A stretch of 64,000 nucleotides of DNA from an uncultured Clostridia bacterium (lineage in GTDB: Bacteria > Bacillota > Clostridia > Christensenellales > Borkfalkiaceae), in contig CASDOP010000004.1 of the NCBI GenBank assembly GCA_949282385.1, forward strand, positions 47,744-111,743. The letters run 5' to 3'. Both the position numbers and the translations under genes were made by a program. The stretch's first letter is position 1. Each line of letters opens with the position of its first letter. Below the pieces are notes generated by a model. The model searched no databases. It worked only from the letters and a program-made list of their open reading frames with translations, and was not told the origin of the DNA. Shown in pieces: positions 53,552-62,608 of this stretch.

Positions 53552-55081
53552 TTAATCTTCCCCCGTACCGAAAGTGCGGTAGGACGCCGCCTCGAGTATG
53601 TGTTCGGGCTGTATCTCCGCACTGAAAGAAAGGTCGGCAATCGTGCGCGCGACCTTGATTATCCTCGCTCGCGCCCTTGCCGACAGCGCGAGTTTTTCGA
53701 ATATTCCGCCCAGTGCGCGCGTGCATTCGGGCGAGAGAGCACAATATTTTTTGAGCTGTCTTTCGCCCATCTCCGCATTGAGCGATATGCCGTCTTTTAA
53801 AAATCTTTCGCGCTGAATGGCTCTCGCCCGCTCTACGCGCTGTTTGACGGCGCAACTCGGCTCTTCCTCGGCTGTCGAGGACAGGTCCTCATACCTCACG
53901 GCGTCCACTTCGACGAGAATGTCTATTCTGTCGAGCAGCGGTCCCGATATGCGCGAACGGTACTTTTTAATCTGTGCGGGCGTGCATGTGCATTGCCTGT
54001 AACTGCTGCCGTAATTGCCGCAGGGGCAGGGGTTCATGCTGGCGCACAGCATGAAATCTGCGGGGAAAGTAACCGCGCCCGACGCGCGGGAAACGGTAAT
54101 TTTTCTGTCCTCGAGGGGCTGACGGAGAGCTTCGAGCGCAGAGCGCGAATATTCGGGCAGCTCGTCGAGGTACAGAACGCCGCGGTGAGCCTTGGAAATT
54201 TCGCCGGGGCGTATTTTCGCGTTGCCGCCTCCGCACAGCGAAACCGTAGTAGCCGTGTGATGGGGCGTGCGGAAGGGGCGCAGCGTTACTATGCCCTCCT
54301 CCCCCAGTTCGCCGGCGACGGAGTGGATGCGCGTTACGTCCAGCGCCTCCTCGAACGTCAGATCGGGCATTATCGTCGGTATGCACTTTGCGAGCATGGT
54401 CTTGCCCGTTCCGGGAGGACCGCAGAAAAGTATGTTGTGCCCGCCAGCAACGGCTATTTCTAAGGCGCGCTTTGCGACCGCCTGACCTCTTACGAGGGAT
54501 AAATCGCAATCGTAAGACGAACGGACAACCGCGGCTGAAAAATCTTTGGACTGCACGGGCGAAAGGGAAATTTCGCCCTTCAAAAACGCCGCGGCTTCCG
54601 AAAGAGATTTGACCGCGTACACTTCAGCGCCCTCCATGTAAGCCGCCTCGTTTGCGTTGGCAAAGGGCAGAATGAAGCGGTTAAACCCCTTCTTTTTTGC
54701 AGAAATGAGCACGGGAAGCACGCCCGAAACGCCGCGCACGCCGCCGTCGAGGGCGAGTTCGCCCAGAATGACGAAACCTTCCGTTGAGGCGTTTTCGAGC
54801 TGACCGCTCGCCTTGAGTATGCTGACTGCTATGGGCAGATCGTAGTGACTGCCCTCCTTTTTTATGTCCGCTGGAGCGAGATTGACGGTTATTCTGTTGA
54901 CGGGAAAATGAAAGCGCGCGTTTATGATTGCCGAGCGCACGCGTTCGCGGCTTTCCTTGACGGCGGCGTCGGGCAGCCCGACGAGTTCGTACGAAGTCAT
55001 GCCCTTGTTTATGTCCGTTTCGACGTCTACGGGCACGCCCTCAAGTCCGACGAGCGTAAAACTTGTTACCTTTGCGAGCAT
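53552..55081 (-). CDS. YifB/ComM family Mg-chelatase-like AAA+ protein
   Basis: 509 aa. N-terminal Lon-like LVGLPDAAVKESRERV, GPPGTGKTMLAK, GVLYLDELPE. Confidence 0.9.
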   Translation of the reverse strand: MLAKVTSFTLVGLEGVPVDVETDINKGMTSYELVGLPDAAVKESRERVRSAIINARFHFPVNRITVNLAPADIKKEGSHYDLPIAVSILKASGQLENASTEGFVILGELALDGGVRGVSGVLPVLISAKKKGFNRFILPFANANEAAYMEGAEVYAVKSLSEAAAFLKGEISLSPVQSKDFSAAVVRSSYDCDLSLVRGQAVAKRALEIAVAGGHNILFCGPPGTGKTMLAKCIPTIMPDLTFEEALDVTRIHSVAGELGEEGIVTLRPFRTPHHTATTVSLCGGGNAKIRPGEISKAHRGVLYLDELPEYSRSALEALRQPLEDRKITVSRASGAVTFPADFMLCASMNPCPCGNYGSSYRQCTCTPAQIKKYRSRISGPLLDRIDILVEVDAVRYEDLSSTAEEEPSCAVKQRVERARAIQRERFLKDGISLNAEMGERQLKKYCALSPECTRALGGIFEKLALSARARARIIKVARTIADLSFSAEIQPEHILEAASYRTFGTGED

Positions 55082-55130
55082 ACTTTTCCCTCCTTAATAA
55101 AAAGAATATAAATGCGCGTAAAATTTAAAA

Positions 55131-55151
55131 GCTCCCGCACGCAGCGGGAGC
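55131..55151 (-). terminator. rho-independent terminator of rplS
   Basis: GCTCCCGC-acgca-GCGGGAGC, with TTTTAAATTTT following on the minus strand. Confidence 0.75.
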
Positions 55152-55160
55152 TTTTTTAAA

Positions 55161-55505
55161 TTACTTAACTTCCTTGATTTTTGCAGCCTTACCGGTAAGA
55201 CCTCTGAGGTAGTAGAGCTTAGCTCTTCTTACCTGACCCTTTCTTACGACGGTGATGGATGCGATTTTGGGCGAATGAACGGGGAACGTTCTTTCTACGC
55301 CTACGCCGAAAGAAAGTCTTCTTACCGTGAAAGTTTCTCTTATGCCGCCGTGCTTTTTAGCAATTACGACGCCTTCAAAGTTCTGAATTCTTTCCTTCGT
55401 TCCTTCTATAACCTTGAAACCTACCTTTACGGTATCGCCGACGTTGAATGCGGGAACGCTTTCCTTCATGCCTTCTTTTTCGATCGCTTCAACCAAACCT
55501 TTCAT
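55161..55505 (-). CDS. rplS: 50S ribosomal protein L19
   Basis: 114 aa. [35 protein letters not shown]...FTVRR. Confidence 0.95.
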   Translation of the reverse strand: MKGLVEAIEKEGMKESVPAFNVGDTVKVGFKVIEGTKERIQNFEGVVIAKKHGGIRETFTVRRLSFGVGVERTFPVHSPKIASITVVRKGQVRRAKLYYLRGLTGKAAKIKEVK

Positions 55506-55565
55506 AATGCTCCTCCTGTATTTGTGCGCCGCAACGCGACAGTTAATTTTTTAATCAGCTTTTAT

Positions 55566-55594
55566 ATCTTAACAGACCGCAAAACAAAATGCAA
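55566..55594 (-). promoter_or_regulatory. candidate rplS promoter TTGCAT-N17-TAAGAT
   Basis: Minus strand: TTGCAT (55594-55589), 17-nt spacer, TAAGAT (55571-55566). Leaves a leader of about 55 nt. Confidence 0.4.
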
Positions 55595-55668
55595 CTCATT
55601 TTGAGGGGTGTGTCGCAATTTTCACAAAACTTTTTTTGCCCTTTACCATATATATAATATATGGCTTT

Positions 55669-56019
55669 TTACGCCGTGAAAGCGTTCTCGATATGGTTAA
55701 TTGCGCCGTTTAAAACTTCTATTACGTCGAACCGAATTGAAACATCCTGCTCTCTGCCCGAAAAATAGTATTTCGCGCAGGCGACGTAGCGCTTCTTTCT
55801 GTCCTGCCGCACCGCCTCGTTGGGCATGCCGAAGGAAGTGTCCGAGCGCGTCTTTACCTCTATGAACGCGAGAGTTCCGTCCTTTTGGGCGATTATGTCC
55901 ACCTCGCCGAAGGGACAGCGGAAGTTTTTGCGCTTTATCTCGTAGCCGCGGCTTACAAGGTATTTTGCCGCCGCCCTTTCGCCCTTTTTGCCGATAAGCT
56001 GGCGCAAAGTCATTGCCAT
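55669..56019 (-). CDS. YraN family (UPF0102) endonuclease-like protein
   Basis: 116 aa: MAMTLRQLIGKKGERAAAKYLVSRGYEIKRKNFRCPFGEVDIIA...AFIEVKTR. Only the C-terminal third of the 294-aa track ORF is used. The upstream part overlaps rnhB out of frame. Confidence 0.8.
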   Translation of the reverse strand: MAMTLRQLIGKKGERAAAKYLVSRGYEIKRKNFRCPFGEVDIIAQKDGTLAFIEVKTRSDTSFGMPNEAVRQDRKKRYVACAKYYFSGREQDVSIRFDVIEVLNGAINHIENAFTA

Positions 56020-56606
56020 TTTTTTGTGAAGCTCCTGCGGTGAACGGGCGTAAGCCCGAATTCTTTTATAGCCTGAATGTGCGCCGCCGTACCGTAGCCG
56101 ATGTTCTTTTCGAAGCCGTACTGCGGATAAATTTTTGCGTATTCTTCCATAAGCGCGTCCCTTTCGACCTTTGCGATAATCGAAGCCGCGCCTATGCAGT
56201 AGCACTGCGCGTCGCCCTTTACTATGCTGCGCTGCGGCACTGAAATGTCGAGCGTCATGTTGCCGTCCGTCAGCACGAAATCGGGACGGACGGACAGGCT
56301 CTCCACTGCGTTTTTCATGCACAGCCGCGTAGCCTGAAGTATGTTGATTTCGTCTATAATCTGCGGTTCGACGCGGCATATGGCGTAGGCAACCGCCTTT
56401 TGCCTTATCAGTTCGGACAACTTTTCGCGCTTTTTTGCAGAAAGTTTTTTGCTGTCGTCCACGCCCTCTATAAAGTCGTCTTCGCTCAGTATGACAGCCG
56501 CGCATACGACGGGACCGGCGAGCGGTCCTCTGCCCACTTCGTCCACGCCGCACACATATTTTTTGCCCTGAGCGTGAAGCTCTCTTTCGTATGCGAGTTT
56601 ATCCAT
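56010..56606 (-). CDS. rnhB: ribonuclease HII
   Basis: 198 aa. GVDEVGRGPLAGPVV and DSKKLS. Confidence 0.9.
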   Translation of the reverse strand: MDKLAYERELHAQGKKYVCGVDEVGRGPLAGPVVCAAVILSEDDFIEGVDDSKKLSAKKREKLSELIRQKAVAYAICRVEPQIIDEINILQATRLCMKNAVESLSVRPDFVLTDGNMTLDISVPQRSIVKGDAQCYCIGAASIIAKVERDALMEEYAKIYPQYGFEKNIGYGTAAHIQAIKEFGLTPVHRRSFTKKWQ

Positions 56607-57459
56607 TGAAGTCCGCGTCCTCCATGTCCGAAAGGTCGTCGAGCGTAACGCCGCCCAGTCTGCCCTTTCTGAAATCGTCCAGCACGGCTTTTTCGGCGCG
56701 TTCGTAGTCGAATTCGCCCCCGCGCAGCATGAAACCGCGGCGGCGGCAGACCTGTTCGAGCATTTCTAGCGGTTCGCCGCCCTCTATGCCGTAGCGTTCG
56801 GCGAGGTTTCGGGGGTATTTTTGCGAAAGTTCGCCAAGCAGCGCCAGCGAAACGTCGTCTATATCCAGAATGTCGTCGTTTAAGCTGCCCACATATGCAA
56901 GGTGCAATGCGAGGCGCTGGTTTTCAAACGCGGGCGGGGTCGTTCCCGGGGTATCCAGAAGCTCGAAATTGCCGCACCTTATCCACTGCGTACCGCGCGT
57001 TACGCCCGCTTTGTCGCCCGTGGCTGCGCGCTTTGCGCCCGAAAGAAGATTTATAACCGTGCTCTTGCCCGTATTAGGCACGCCGCACACCATAAATCTG
57101 AAAATTTTATTGTAGCCCTTTGCGAGCGACTTTGCCTGCTTTTCGGCAATCAGAGAGTTGATTGCCTCCATAATATCCCTGCGCGAATTGCTGTTTACGG
57201 CGTTAAGCCTGACGCACGCGCCGCCCTTTTCGCGGATATATTTCAAAAACGACAAACTCTTTTCGTCCGCCATGTCGCATTTGTTGAGGACATACAAAAT
57301 TGTGCGGTTGCCGAATATTTTTTTTAGTTTTTTATTGTATGACGCCGCGGGACAGCGCGCGTCCAGCACATAAATTATGCCGTCGCAGACGGCTACGGAC
57401 TGCTCCATAGCCCTCATCGCCTTGGTCATGTGTCCCGGGAACCACTGTATATGCTTCAT
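56599..57459 (-). CDS. rbgA: ribosome biogenesis GTPase A (YlqF/RbgA)
   Basis: 286 aa. IQWFPGHMTKA, circularly permuted GTPase motifs NKCDM ... GVPNTGKST. Confidence 0.9.
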   Translation of the reverse strand: MKHIQWFPGHMTKAMRAMEQSVAVCDGIIYVLDARCPAASYNKKLKKIFGNRTILYVLNKCDMADEKSLSFLKYIREKGGACVRLNAVNSNSRRDIMEAINSLIAEKQAKSLAKGYNKIFRFMVCGVPNTGKSTVINLLSGAKRAATGDKAGVTRGTQWIRCGNFELLDTPGTTPPAFENQRLALHLAYVGSLNDDILDIDDVSLALLGELSQKYPRNLAERYGIEGGEPLEMLEQVCRRRGFMLRGGEFDYERAEKAVLDDFRKGRLGGVTLDDLSDMEDADFNG

Positions 57460-57571
57460 AAAGCCTCCTTTAAGGCATGCGCCCGCGGGGGGTTCCGCAT
57501 TTTATTTTACTGCGCCTCGACCCGAAAAACGGCTGTTGCTGAAGGCTAAGCGCAGAATTTTCAAAGCTTCG

Positions 57572-58237
57572 TCATTTGAGAAGGTCGGGGCGGCGCTCCG
57601 CGGTTATCTTTTTGCTCTGCTCCCTGCGCCATTCGTCGATTTTTGCATGGTTGCCCGAAAGCAGAACCTCGGGTACGCTCACCCCTCTGAAATTTGCGGG
57701 GCGTGTGTACTGCGGATATTCGAGCGCGCCGTCCGAAAAACTTTCGTCCACGAGCGAACCGTCGCTCAGCACCCCGTCTACATAGCGCGCGACGCAGTCG
57801 CTTACGACCATTGCGGGCAGCTCTCCGCCCGTAAGAACGTAGTCGCCGATTGAAATTTCTTCGTCTATGAACATGTCTATGACGCGCTGGTCAACGCCCT
57901 CGTAGTGTCCGCAGAGCAGCACTATATGCCCGAGCGAAGAAAGCTCGAGCGCCTTGCTCTGCGTAAAGGTTGCGCCCTTGGGCGACATATAAATTCTTCT
58001 CGCTTTGTGTTCGGGGTCGACCGCCTCAATAGCCGAGGCTATGGGCTGGGGCATCATGACCATACCCGCGCCGCCGCCGAAGGGATAATCGTCGCACTTG
58101 AGGTGCTTATCCTCGGTATAGTCGCGGATATTCACGATTTCAAGCTCAAGCTTTTTGCCCTCGAGCGCCCTGCCTATTATACTTGTTTTAAGGGGCGCGA
58201 ACATTTCGGGGAAGAGCGTTAAAATGGTAATCTTCAT
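57572..58237 (-). CDS. trmD: tRNA (guanine37-N1)-methyltransferase
   Basis: MKITILTLFPEMF..., YPFGGGAGMVM, LLCGHYEGVDQRV. Its ATG overlaps the rimM stop (TGATG). Confidence 0.93.
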   Translation of the reverse strand: MKITILTLFPEMFAPLKTSIIGRALEGKKLELEIVNIRDYTEDKHLKCDDYPFGGGAGMVMMPQPIASAIEAVDPEHKARRIYMSPKGATFTQSKALELSSLGHIVLLCGHYEGVDQRVIDMFIDEEISIGDYVLTGGELPAMVVSDCVARYVDGVLSDGSLVDESFSDGALEYPQYTRPANFRGVSVPEVLLSGNHAKIDEWRREQSKKITAERRPDLLK

Positions 58238-58740
58238 CACTCGTACAGCGCGACTTCTTCGAAGCGCTTTTTGTTGACGGCAACAATTTTATTTTCTACG
58301 TCTATGCTCTCTATCACCCCTTCCGCCGCGGGGAAAGTGATTTTCTTTTCTCCGCAGGAAAGAACGTAAATATCCGTCTTTGCGGGAGTTATTTCCGTAA
58401 CTTCGCCGAGAATTTTACCCTTTTCTGTAACCACCTTGCAGCCGAGAACGTCGACGAGATAGAATGTGTCTTCGGGCAGGGCGGGCATGTCTTCGCGCAG
58501 AGCGACAACATCCTTTGCGCGCAGAAGCTCTGCAGCGTTTCTGTCCGCCACGCCGCGCAGCATTACGTATGCGCAGTCGCCCGCTGGACGGGCGGAAAGC
58601 ACCTTGTATTCTGCGCCGTCTATGAACACTCTGGGCAGGGCGCAAAAATCCTCCGCGCTGTCTGTAAGAGTTTTAACCTTGATTTCGCCGCGTATGCCCT
58701 GGGGCTTTAAAATTGTTGCAACAGTCAAAGTCTTTTCCAT
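58237..58740 (-). CDS. rimM: 16S rRNA processing protein RimM
   Basis: 167 aa. ILKPQGIRGEIKV and a PRC-barrel C-terminus. Confidence 0.88.
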   Translation of the reverse strand: MEKTLTVATILKPQGIRGEIKVKTLTDSAEDFCALPRVFIDGAEYKVLSARPAGDCAYVMLRGVADRNAAELLRAKDVVALREDMPALPEDTFYLVDVLGCKVVTEKGKILGEVTEITPAKTDIYVLSCGEKKITFPAAEGVIESIDVENKIVAVNKKRFEEVALYE

Positions 58741-58764
58741 GTCAGTATAAAAAGAAAAGGCGGT

Positions 58765-59001
58765 TTACGCCTTTTCCTCAATTTCTATAACGTATTTTTT
58801 GCTGTCGCGGGGCGTAGCGCAACGAACGATGGTGCGCATCGCCTTTGCTATTTTGCCCTGCTTGCCGATTACTTTGCCCATATCGGAAGCATCGAGAAGA
58901 ACGGTAACTTCGATAGCATTGTCGGTTTCTTCGACCTTGTATTCGATTTCGTCCTTTTTGTCGGCGAACTGTTCAACTATATACTTTATTAATTCAAGCA
59001 T
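58765..59001 (-). CDS. KH-domain RNA-binding protein (YlqC-like)
   Basis: 78 aa. DMGKVIGKQGKIAKAMRTI contains the GxxG KH motif. Confidence 0.85.
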   Translation of the reverse strand: MLELIKYIVEQFADKKDEIEYKVEETDNAIEVTVLLDASDMGKVIGKQGKIAKAMRTIVRCATPRDSKKYVIEIEEKA

Positions 59002-59015
59002 GCGTTTTTCTCCGT

Positions 59016-59090
59016 TGCGCGCGGTTGCGCGCCGAATGCGCGCAACCGCGCGCAGACTTTTTTATTTATCCGCCGCGCGCCGCGCGGCGG
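59016..59090 (-). other. two strong GC hairpins between rpsP and the KH gene
   Basis: TGCGCGCGGTTGCGCGC-cgaat-GCGCGCAACCGCGCGCA (59016-59054, 17 bp) and CCGCCGCGC-gcc-GCGCGGCGG (59070-59090, 9 bp). Neither has a minus-strand U tract. Confidence 0.6.
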
Positions 59091-59107
59091 AGACGAAAAT
59101 AAGAAAA

Positions 59108-59404
59108 TTACTTCTTCTTTTTCTTGTTGTTGGTCTTGGGAGCGGAAAGCTTTGCGCTCTGTTCCATAGCTCCGACCTTTACGAGGTAGCTTTTAACAGT
59201 TTCGGTAGGCTGAACGCCCTTTGCGAGCCAGCTCTTTGCCTTTTCAACGTCGATGTTGATTTCTGCGGGGGTCTTGAGAGGGTCTACATAACCGATTTTA
59301 TCGATGTATTCGCCCGACTGAGCCTTTCTGGAATCGATTACAACCACTCTGTAGAAGGGGGATTTCTTATCGCCCATTCTGGTCAATCTCATTTTAACTG
59401 CCAT
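59108..59404 (-). CDS. rpsP: 30S ribosomal protein S16
   Basis: 98 aa. [26 protein letters not shown]. Confidence 0.95.
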   Translation of the reverse strand: MAVKMRLTRMGDKKSPFYRVVVIDSRKAQSGEYIDKIGYVDPLKTPAEINIDVEKAKSWLAKGVQPTETVKSYLVKVGAMEQSAKLSAPKTNNKKKKK

Positions 59405-59476
59405 TTTATTTTATCTCCTGAAAAAAATTATTTTTTATATTTTCTCTCCGCACAGCGAAGATTTTTTATGCGTTTA

Positions 59477-60790
59477 TCAGATGAAAGGAAGTCTGCGCTT
59501 GCCGCCCTTTATCTGTTTTATGAGCTGTTTAGTCTGCTCGAACTGCTTTAAAAGCTGGTTTATTTCCTGCACCGTCGTGCCCGAGCCTGCCGCAATGCGC
59601 TTTTTCCTCGACGAGTTGATTATCGAAGGGTCGGTACGCTCGTTTTTTGTCATGGAAAGAATGATTGCCCTCGTCCTTTCCATCTTCTTTTCGTCTATGT
59701 CGCCGTCCTTGACCTTGCCGGCAAGTCCCGGCATCATGGAAACGAGCGCCTGCGCGCCGCCCATCTTCTTCATGCTCTCGAACTGGTCGAGATAATCTTC
59801 GAGCGTGAAGGAGTTTTCGAGCATTTTCTTCTTCATCTTGAGAGCCTGCTCTTCGGTAACGGCTTCCTGCGCCTTTTCGATGAGGGTGAGGACGTCGCCC
59901 ATGCCGAGTATGCGCGAAGCCATTCTGTCGGGATAGAAATATTCGAGATCGGTTATCTTTTCGCCGACGCCTATAAACTTAATCGGCTTGCCCGTAACCG
60001 CCTTTATGGAAAGGCACGCGCCGCCGCGCGTATCGCCGTCGAGCTTGGTTAAAACTATGCCCGTAACTTCCAGCCTTTCGTTGAAGGTCTTGGCTACGTT
60101 TACGGCAACCTGTCCCATCATGGCGTCTACGGTGAGAAGAATTTCGGAAACGTCTACCGCCGCCTTTATCCTTTCAAGCTCCTGCATGAGCTTTTCGTCT
60201 ATTTCCAGTCTGCCCGCGGTATCTATGATTACGGTATCGTAACCCATAGATTTTGCATAGTCGACCGCCTGAACCGCCGTTTTGACAGGGTCCTGCGTAC
60301 CCTTTTCAAACACTTCGCAACCCGCGTTTCCGCCCACCACTTTGAGCTGATTTATCGCCGCGGGACGATAGACGTCGCAGGCGACTAAAAGGGGCTTTTT
60401 GCCGCTCTTTTTAAGCAGAACCGCGAGTTTTCCGCAAAGCGTGGTCTTGCCCGCGCCCTGCAAGCCGCACATCATTATTACCGTGGGAGGCTTGGGCGAA
60501 ACGGTGAGTTTTGCGCCCGCGGGTCCCATAAGCTCTATGAGCTGCTCGTTGACTATCTTTATAACCTGCTGGGCAGGGTTCAGGCTCTTTAAAATTTCCT
60601 GTCCTACCGCCTTTTCCGATACGTCGGCGCAGAACTTTTTGGCAACCTGAATGTTGACGTCCGCCTCTAAAAGAGCCACGCGCACTTCGCGCATCGCGCC
60701 CTTGATTTCAAGCTCCGTCAGCCTTCCGTGCTTGGTGAGTTTGGAAAATATATGGTTTAATCTTTCGGAAAGTGAAGAAAAAATTGCCAT
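59477..60790 (-). CDS. ffh: signal recognition particle protein Ffh
   Basis: 437 aa. GLQGAGKTT, DTAGR, TKLDGD, and a Met-rich M domain. Confidence 0.95.
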   Translation of the reverse strand: MAIFSSLSERLNHIFSKLTKHGRLTELEIKGAMREVRVALLEADVNIQVAKKFCADVSEKAVGQEILKSLNPAQQVIKIVNEQLIELMGPAGAKLTVSPKPPTVIMMCGLQGAGKTTLCGKLAVLLKKSGKKPLLVACDVYRPAAINQLKVVGGNAGCEVFEKGTQDPVKTAVQAVDYAKSMGYDTVIIDTAGRLEIDEKLMQELERIKAAVDVSEILLTVDAMMGQVAVNVAKTFNERLEVTGIVLTKLDGDTRGGACLSIKAVTGKPIKFIGVGEKITDLEYFYPDRMASRILGMGDVLTLIEKAQEAVTEEQALKMKKKMLENSFTLEDYLDQFESMKKMGGAQALVSMMPGLAGKVKDGDIDEKKMERTRAIILSMTKNERTDPSIINSSRKKRIAAGSGTTVQEINQLLKQFEQTKQLIKQIKGGKRRLPFI

Positions 60791-60820
60791 AAAAATACCG
60801 TGTTATTTTGTTTGCGGACT

Positions 60821-61180
60821 TTAGGATTTGGAGTAATCTTCGGCAATTATCTGCTTTAAAATATCCGTATCTCTGGCATATTCGGGGTGCAAACGGACAA
60901 ATTCGTCCGCCCAGCCCTCCGCCGCCGACTTAAGGGATGCCGCTCTTTTTTCCGCCTCTTCGAACATTTTGGCGTGTCCGAGCTTTTCTTCGTAAGCGAA
61001 AAGTTCGCGCTTGCAACCGCTCAGACAGTCCGAAACCGCCTGGCGGGAAATGCCTTTCTGCTCTGCGATTTCCGAAACCGTGAGGTCGAGATTGAAATAC
61101 AAATCGGTCATATCCCTCTGCGTGGGAGTGAGCAGTCCGCCGTATATATCCCACAGCCGCAGGAAGTCCATCTTGTTCAT
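60821..61180 (-). CDS. ylxM: YlxM (UPF0122) sigma-70 region-4-like HTH protein
   Basis: LLTPTQRDMTDLYFNLDLTVSEIAEQKGISRQAVSD. Start set at the ATG at 61180 (or 61171) because the longer track ORF (to 61219) runs through a consensus promoter. Confidence 0.8.
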   Translation of the reverse strand: MNKMDFLRLWDIYGGLLTPTQRDMTDLYFNLDLTVSEIAEQKGISRQAVSDCLSGCKRELFAYEEKLGHAKMFEEAEKRAASLKSAAEGWADEFVRLHPEYARDTDILKQIIAEDYSKS

Positions 61181-61190
61181 AACGCGATTT

Positions 61191-61219
61191 ATTATATCGC
61201 GTACGCGAGGGTTTGTCAA
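61191..61219 (-). promoter_or_regulatory. sigma-A promoter of ylxM-ffh (TTGACA-N17-TATAAT), 10 nt from the ATG
   Basis: Minus strand: TTGACA (61219-61214), exact 17-nt spacer, TATAAT (61196-61191), aaatcgcgtt, ATG (61180). Confidence 0.6.
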
Positions 61220-61419
61220 GCAATTTTACTTGACAACTTTTTGATTGCCGGATGTTATATTTTTTAAATAAAAACGCATAAAAATTAAATTTTTTAACAA
61301 TTATTGTGCAAATTTTTTAATAAAAACCGCATATTTATTAAATTTACAAAATTATTGACAGCAAAACGCGGCAATGTTACACTTACAAAGATGCGTTTGC
61401 ACCACGGGGGGATTGAGAG

Positions 61420-61650
61420 ATGCGCAAGGAAATAAACGGAATAATATACGATACCGAACTTTCTACCAGGGACAAGAAGTTCACCTGCGGCGCGCCGGGC
61501 GACGAATGCGGATATGAAGAGACGCTTTACATAACCGCGGAAGGGCACTACTTTATTTACACCAACGGCGGATGCAAGTCGAAATTTCCGCGCGAGGAAA
61601 TTCATCCCATAGAACATTCGCAGGTGCGCGAATGGATGCTTTCGCACTGA
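61420..61650 (+). CDS. small conserved hypothetical protein (76 aa)
   Basis: GGGGGG/GAGAG purine-rich RBS before the ATG, its own TTGACA-N17-TACACT box at about 61355-61383, and its own terminator. The pattern INGIIYDTE...YEETLY.T..G.YF....GG resembles small proteins I have seen in Firmicute and phage genomes, but I cannot name the family. Confidence 0.5.
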   Translation: MRKEINGIIYDTELSTRDKKFTCGAPGDECGYEETLYITAEGHYFIYTNGGCKSKFPREEIHPIEHSQVREWMLSH

Positions 61651-61662
61651 TTTATAAATTTC

Positions 61663-61684
61663 AATGTCGGCTTTTGCCGACATT
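61663..61684 (+). terminator. rho-independent terminator of the 76-aa ORF
   Basis: AATGTCGGC-TTTT-GCCGACATT followed by TTTTT. Confidence 0.75.
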
Positions 61685-62044
61685 TTTTTATGCTTATTTT
61701 ATCCTAAAATGCGCGCGTGCGCAGCAACAGACCGCACATATATGCCCGTCAATCAGTTTTTTGCATAAAAGACGACCATTTCACGCCGACAAAGGCGCAT
61801 GCAGAGATTAACCCGCATATATATGCCGTTCAAGGACAAATTTTGGTCAATAATTTACAGACAAAGACAGGCGCGGCTTTAAAGCCGCGCCTGTAGTCGT
61901 TTTTCTCTGCCGCCGCGGGCGGTAACGCCGCGAAAAATCTTTCGGACACCCTTCGGCATACATATTCAAAGGCTCACATAGATATGAACAAGGCAAGCGA
62001 AAGGCGCGCCGCGATTGCAATCGCGGCGCGCCGTTTCCCAATTT

Positions 62045-62563
62045 TTACTTTATGTAGTATACGTAATCTTCCTTTCTGGGTTTAGCCTCCCTCTCCTCGT
62101 CGGCGTAACCTATTATGCAGTTGCCTATACCCTCGTAGTCGCCCTCAATGCCGAGCGACTTTAAAATTTCCTTGCCGCGCGCGGAGGCGAACATTTCCTT
62201 CGCCCTGTGTATCCAGCAGCTGCCGAGCCCCAAAGAGTGAGCGGCGTTCATCATGTTGCCCATGACGAGCGAACCGTCGTAAAGGTATGTATTGACGCTT
62301 TTATCCGCAAGCACGACGAGAACTGCGGGCGCGCCGTAGAACGGGTCGATGTCCCTGCCCATTATCGCGGCGTTCATCGCGGAGAGTTCGTCGCGCAGAG
62401 ATTTATCCGTTACCGCTAATATTATAGGCGCCTGTCTGCCCATTCCGCAGGGCGCGTACATGCCTGCCTTTACAATCTCGGAAATGAGTTCCTCGGGTAC
62501 GGGAGTATTTTTATACTTTTTTATACTCCTGCGCGTTATCATGTTTTCGATTACAGTATTCAT
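62045..62563 (-). CDS. nitroreductase family protein
   Basis: 172 aa. ITRRSIKKYKNTPVPEELI and small FMN-nitroreductase fold blocks. Confidence 0.85.
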   Translation of the reverse strand: MNTVIENMITRRSIKKYKNTPVPEELISEIVKAGMYAPCGMGRQAPIILAVTDKSLRDELSAMNAAIMGRDIDPFYGAPAVLVVLADKSVNTYLYDGSLVMGNMMNAAHSLGLGSCWIHRAKEMFASARGKEILKSLGIEGDYEGIGNCIIGYADEEREAKPRKEDYVYYIK

Positions 62564-62608
62564 AAAAGTTCCCCCTCATCAATTTTTAAACAACTTTAAT
62601 ACAGACTT

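Noticed and set aside
55669-56553. 294-aa ORF suggesting a large protein ending in the YraN domain.
   Set aside because: Its first about 180 codons are Arg-rich nonsense that overlap rnhB (56010-56606) in another frame. Only the last 116 codons (from the ATG at 56019) look like a UPF0102/YraN protein.
55161-57571. rplS is not directly after trmD as in Bacillus. rbgA, rnhB and yraN lie between them, and a 112-nt gap follows trmD.
   Set aside because: All genes are intact and co-directional, and this kind of local reshuffling of the trmD/rplS/rbgA/rnhB block is common. I see nothing in the 112-nt gap (57460-57571) beyond weak pairing.
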